64,000 nt of DNA from Bacteroidia bacterium (lineage in GTDB: Bacteria; Bacteroidota; Bacteroidia; Flavobacteriales; Flavobacteriaceae): positions 5,831 through 69,830 of the forward strand of contig JAUIBW010000008.1 of the NCBI GenBank assembly GCA_030427585.1, read 5' to 3'. Within the stretch, counting starts at the first letter, position 1; every line of letters begins with the position of its first letter. The notes below the pieces were generated by a model. The model saw nothing but the letters and a program-made list of their open reading frames with translations, did no database searches and was not told where the DNA came from. Positions 63,780 through 64,000 of the stretch are shown piece by piece. Made by a program: the position numbers and the translations under genes.

Positions 63780-64000
63780 TTATTTTACCTTAATCGTATT
63801 CATTCGTTTTCTGTACAGAAATACTCCCAAAACTAGAATCACACAACATGTTAATATCCCAAAAATCCAATATAATGTATTATTTGTACTCAAAGTAATA
63901 GGGTCAGAATTACCAACAAGATAAAACCCGCTCCAATAAAACGGATGCATATAATTTATATGAGCAGTATTTAGATATTTTAATTTAGCCTGTTGTAAAG
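63780..64000 (-). CDS. C-terminal end of a CHAT-domain-like protein with a C-terminal TM anchor (5' part beyond the window)
   Basis: My own translation of the open frame: ...LQQAKLKYLNTAHINYMHPFYWSGFYLVGNSDPITLSTNNTLYWIFGILTCCVILVLGVFLYRKRMNTIKVK*. HPFYWSGF.LVGN is the typical CHAT C-terminal signature. Confidence 0.5.
   Translation of the reverse strand, partial: LQQAKLKYLNTAHINYMHPFYWSGFYLVGNSDPITLSTNNTLYWIFGILTCCVILVLGVFLYRKRMNTIKVK

Overview
This 64-kb window looks like a low-GC Flavobacteriia (Bacteroidota) chromosomal segment. Supporting signs are TAnnTTTG-type -7 promoter boxes, no Shine-Dalgarno sequences, a fused ccoNO gene and a T9SS C-terminal sorting domain. No rRNA, tRNA, CRISPR array, transposase or integrase was recognised. 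Almost the whole window reads as a low-oxygen / respiratory adaptation island.

Gene content, in order:
- Molybdenum cofactor cluster (2.7-9.3 kb): moeA, a ModE-N-like regulator, mobA, moaD, moeB/Z, moaE, moaC-moaB fusion, moaA. A four-helix-bundle (23S-IVS-protein family) cassette interrupts it.
- usp-cls-patatin unit.
- Crp/Fnr regulator with a persulfide dioxygenase-rhodanese fusion and two YeeE/YedE genes.
- ldhA, hsp20 and paralogous unknowns.
- Operon of usp, an eRF1/host-attachment-like protein, an ATP-cone nuclease and a beta-CASP hydrolase.
- Five consecutive tandem-domain Usp genes (eight Usp genes in the window overall).
- ccoI-pdxH-like pair.
- Porin-napD-napA-(duplicated napB)-tetraheme lipoprotein-FeS-NrfD cluster.
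- ccoS-ccoNO-ccoQ-ccoP-ccoG-fixH-TauE/SafE-like cluster.
- hemN.
- PAS histidine kinase translationally coupled to a REC-Crp/Fnr hybrid regulator.
- cbpA/cbpM, trxA, deoC, deoD, peroxiredoxin and housekeeping genes.

Main non-annotated signals:
1. Sixteen copies of a TGAY-N4-RTCA (FixK/FNR-like) palindrome, at least 12 of them exactly 23 nt upstream of a TAnnTTTG-like -7 box. They define a local regulon. The FixL-like kinase plus the fused REC-Crp/Fnr regulator is the candidate controller.
2. A second palindrome class, TGTAAC-N4-GTTACA, has the same promoter geometry at the sulfur-detox genes.
3. Four tandem mini-ORFs (28-44 aa) lie between nap and cco. Two of them differ by 10 substitutions that are all synonymous.
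4. A conserved roughly 115-140-nt 5' leader is shared by a usp gene and trxA 45 kb apart. One copy carries a 72-nt insert holding a complete box-plus-promoter module.
5. A family of CCTCACAGGT-core palindromic hairpin repeats is present. One copy supplies the C-terminus and stop codon of moeB/Z.

All functional calls come from motif reading by eye. None has been checked against a database.
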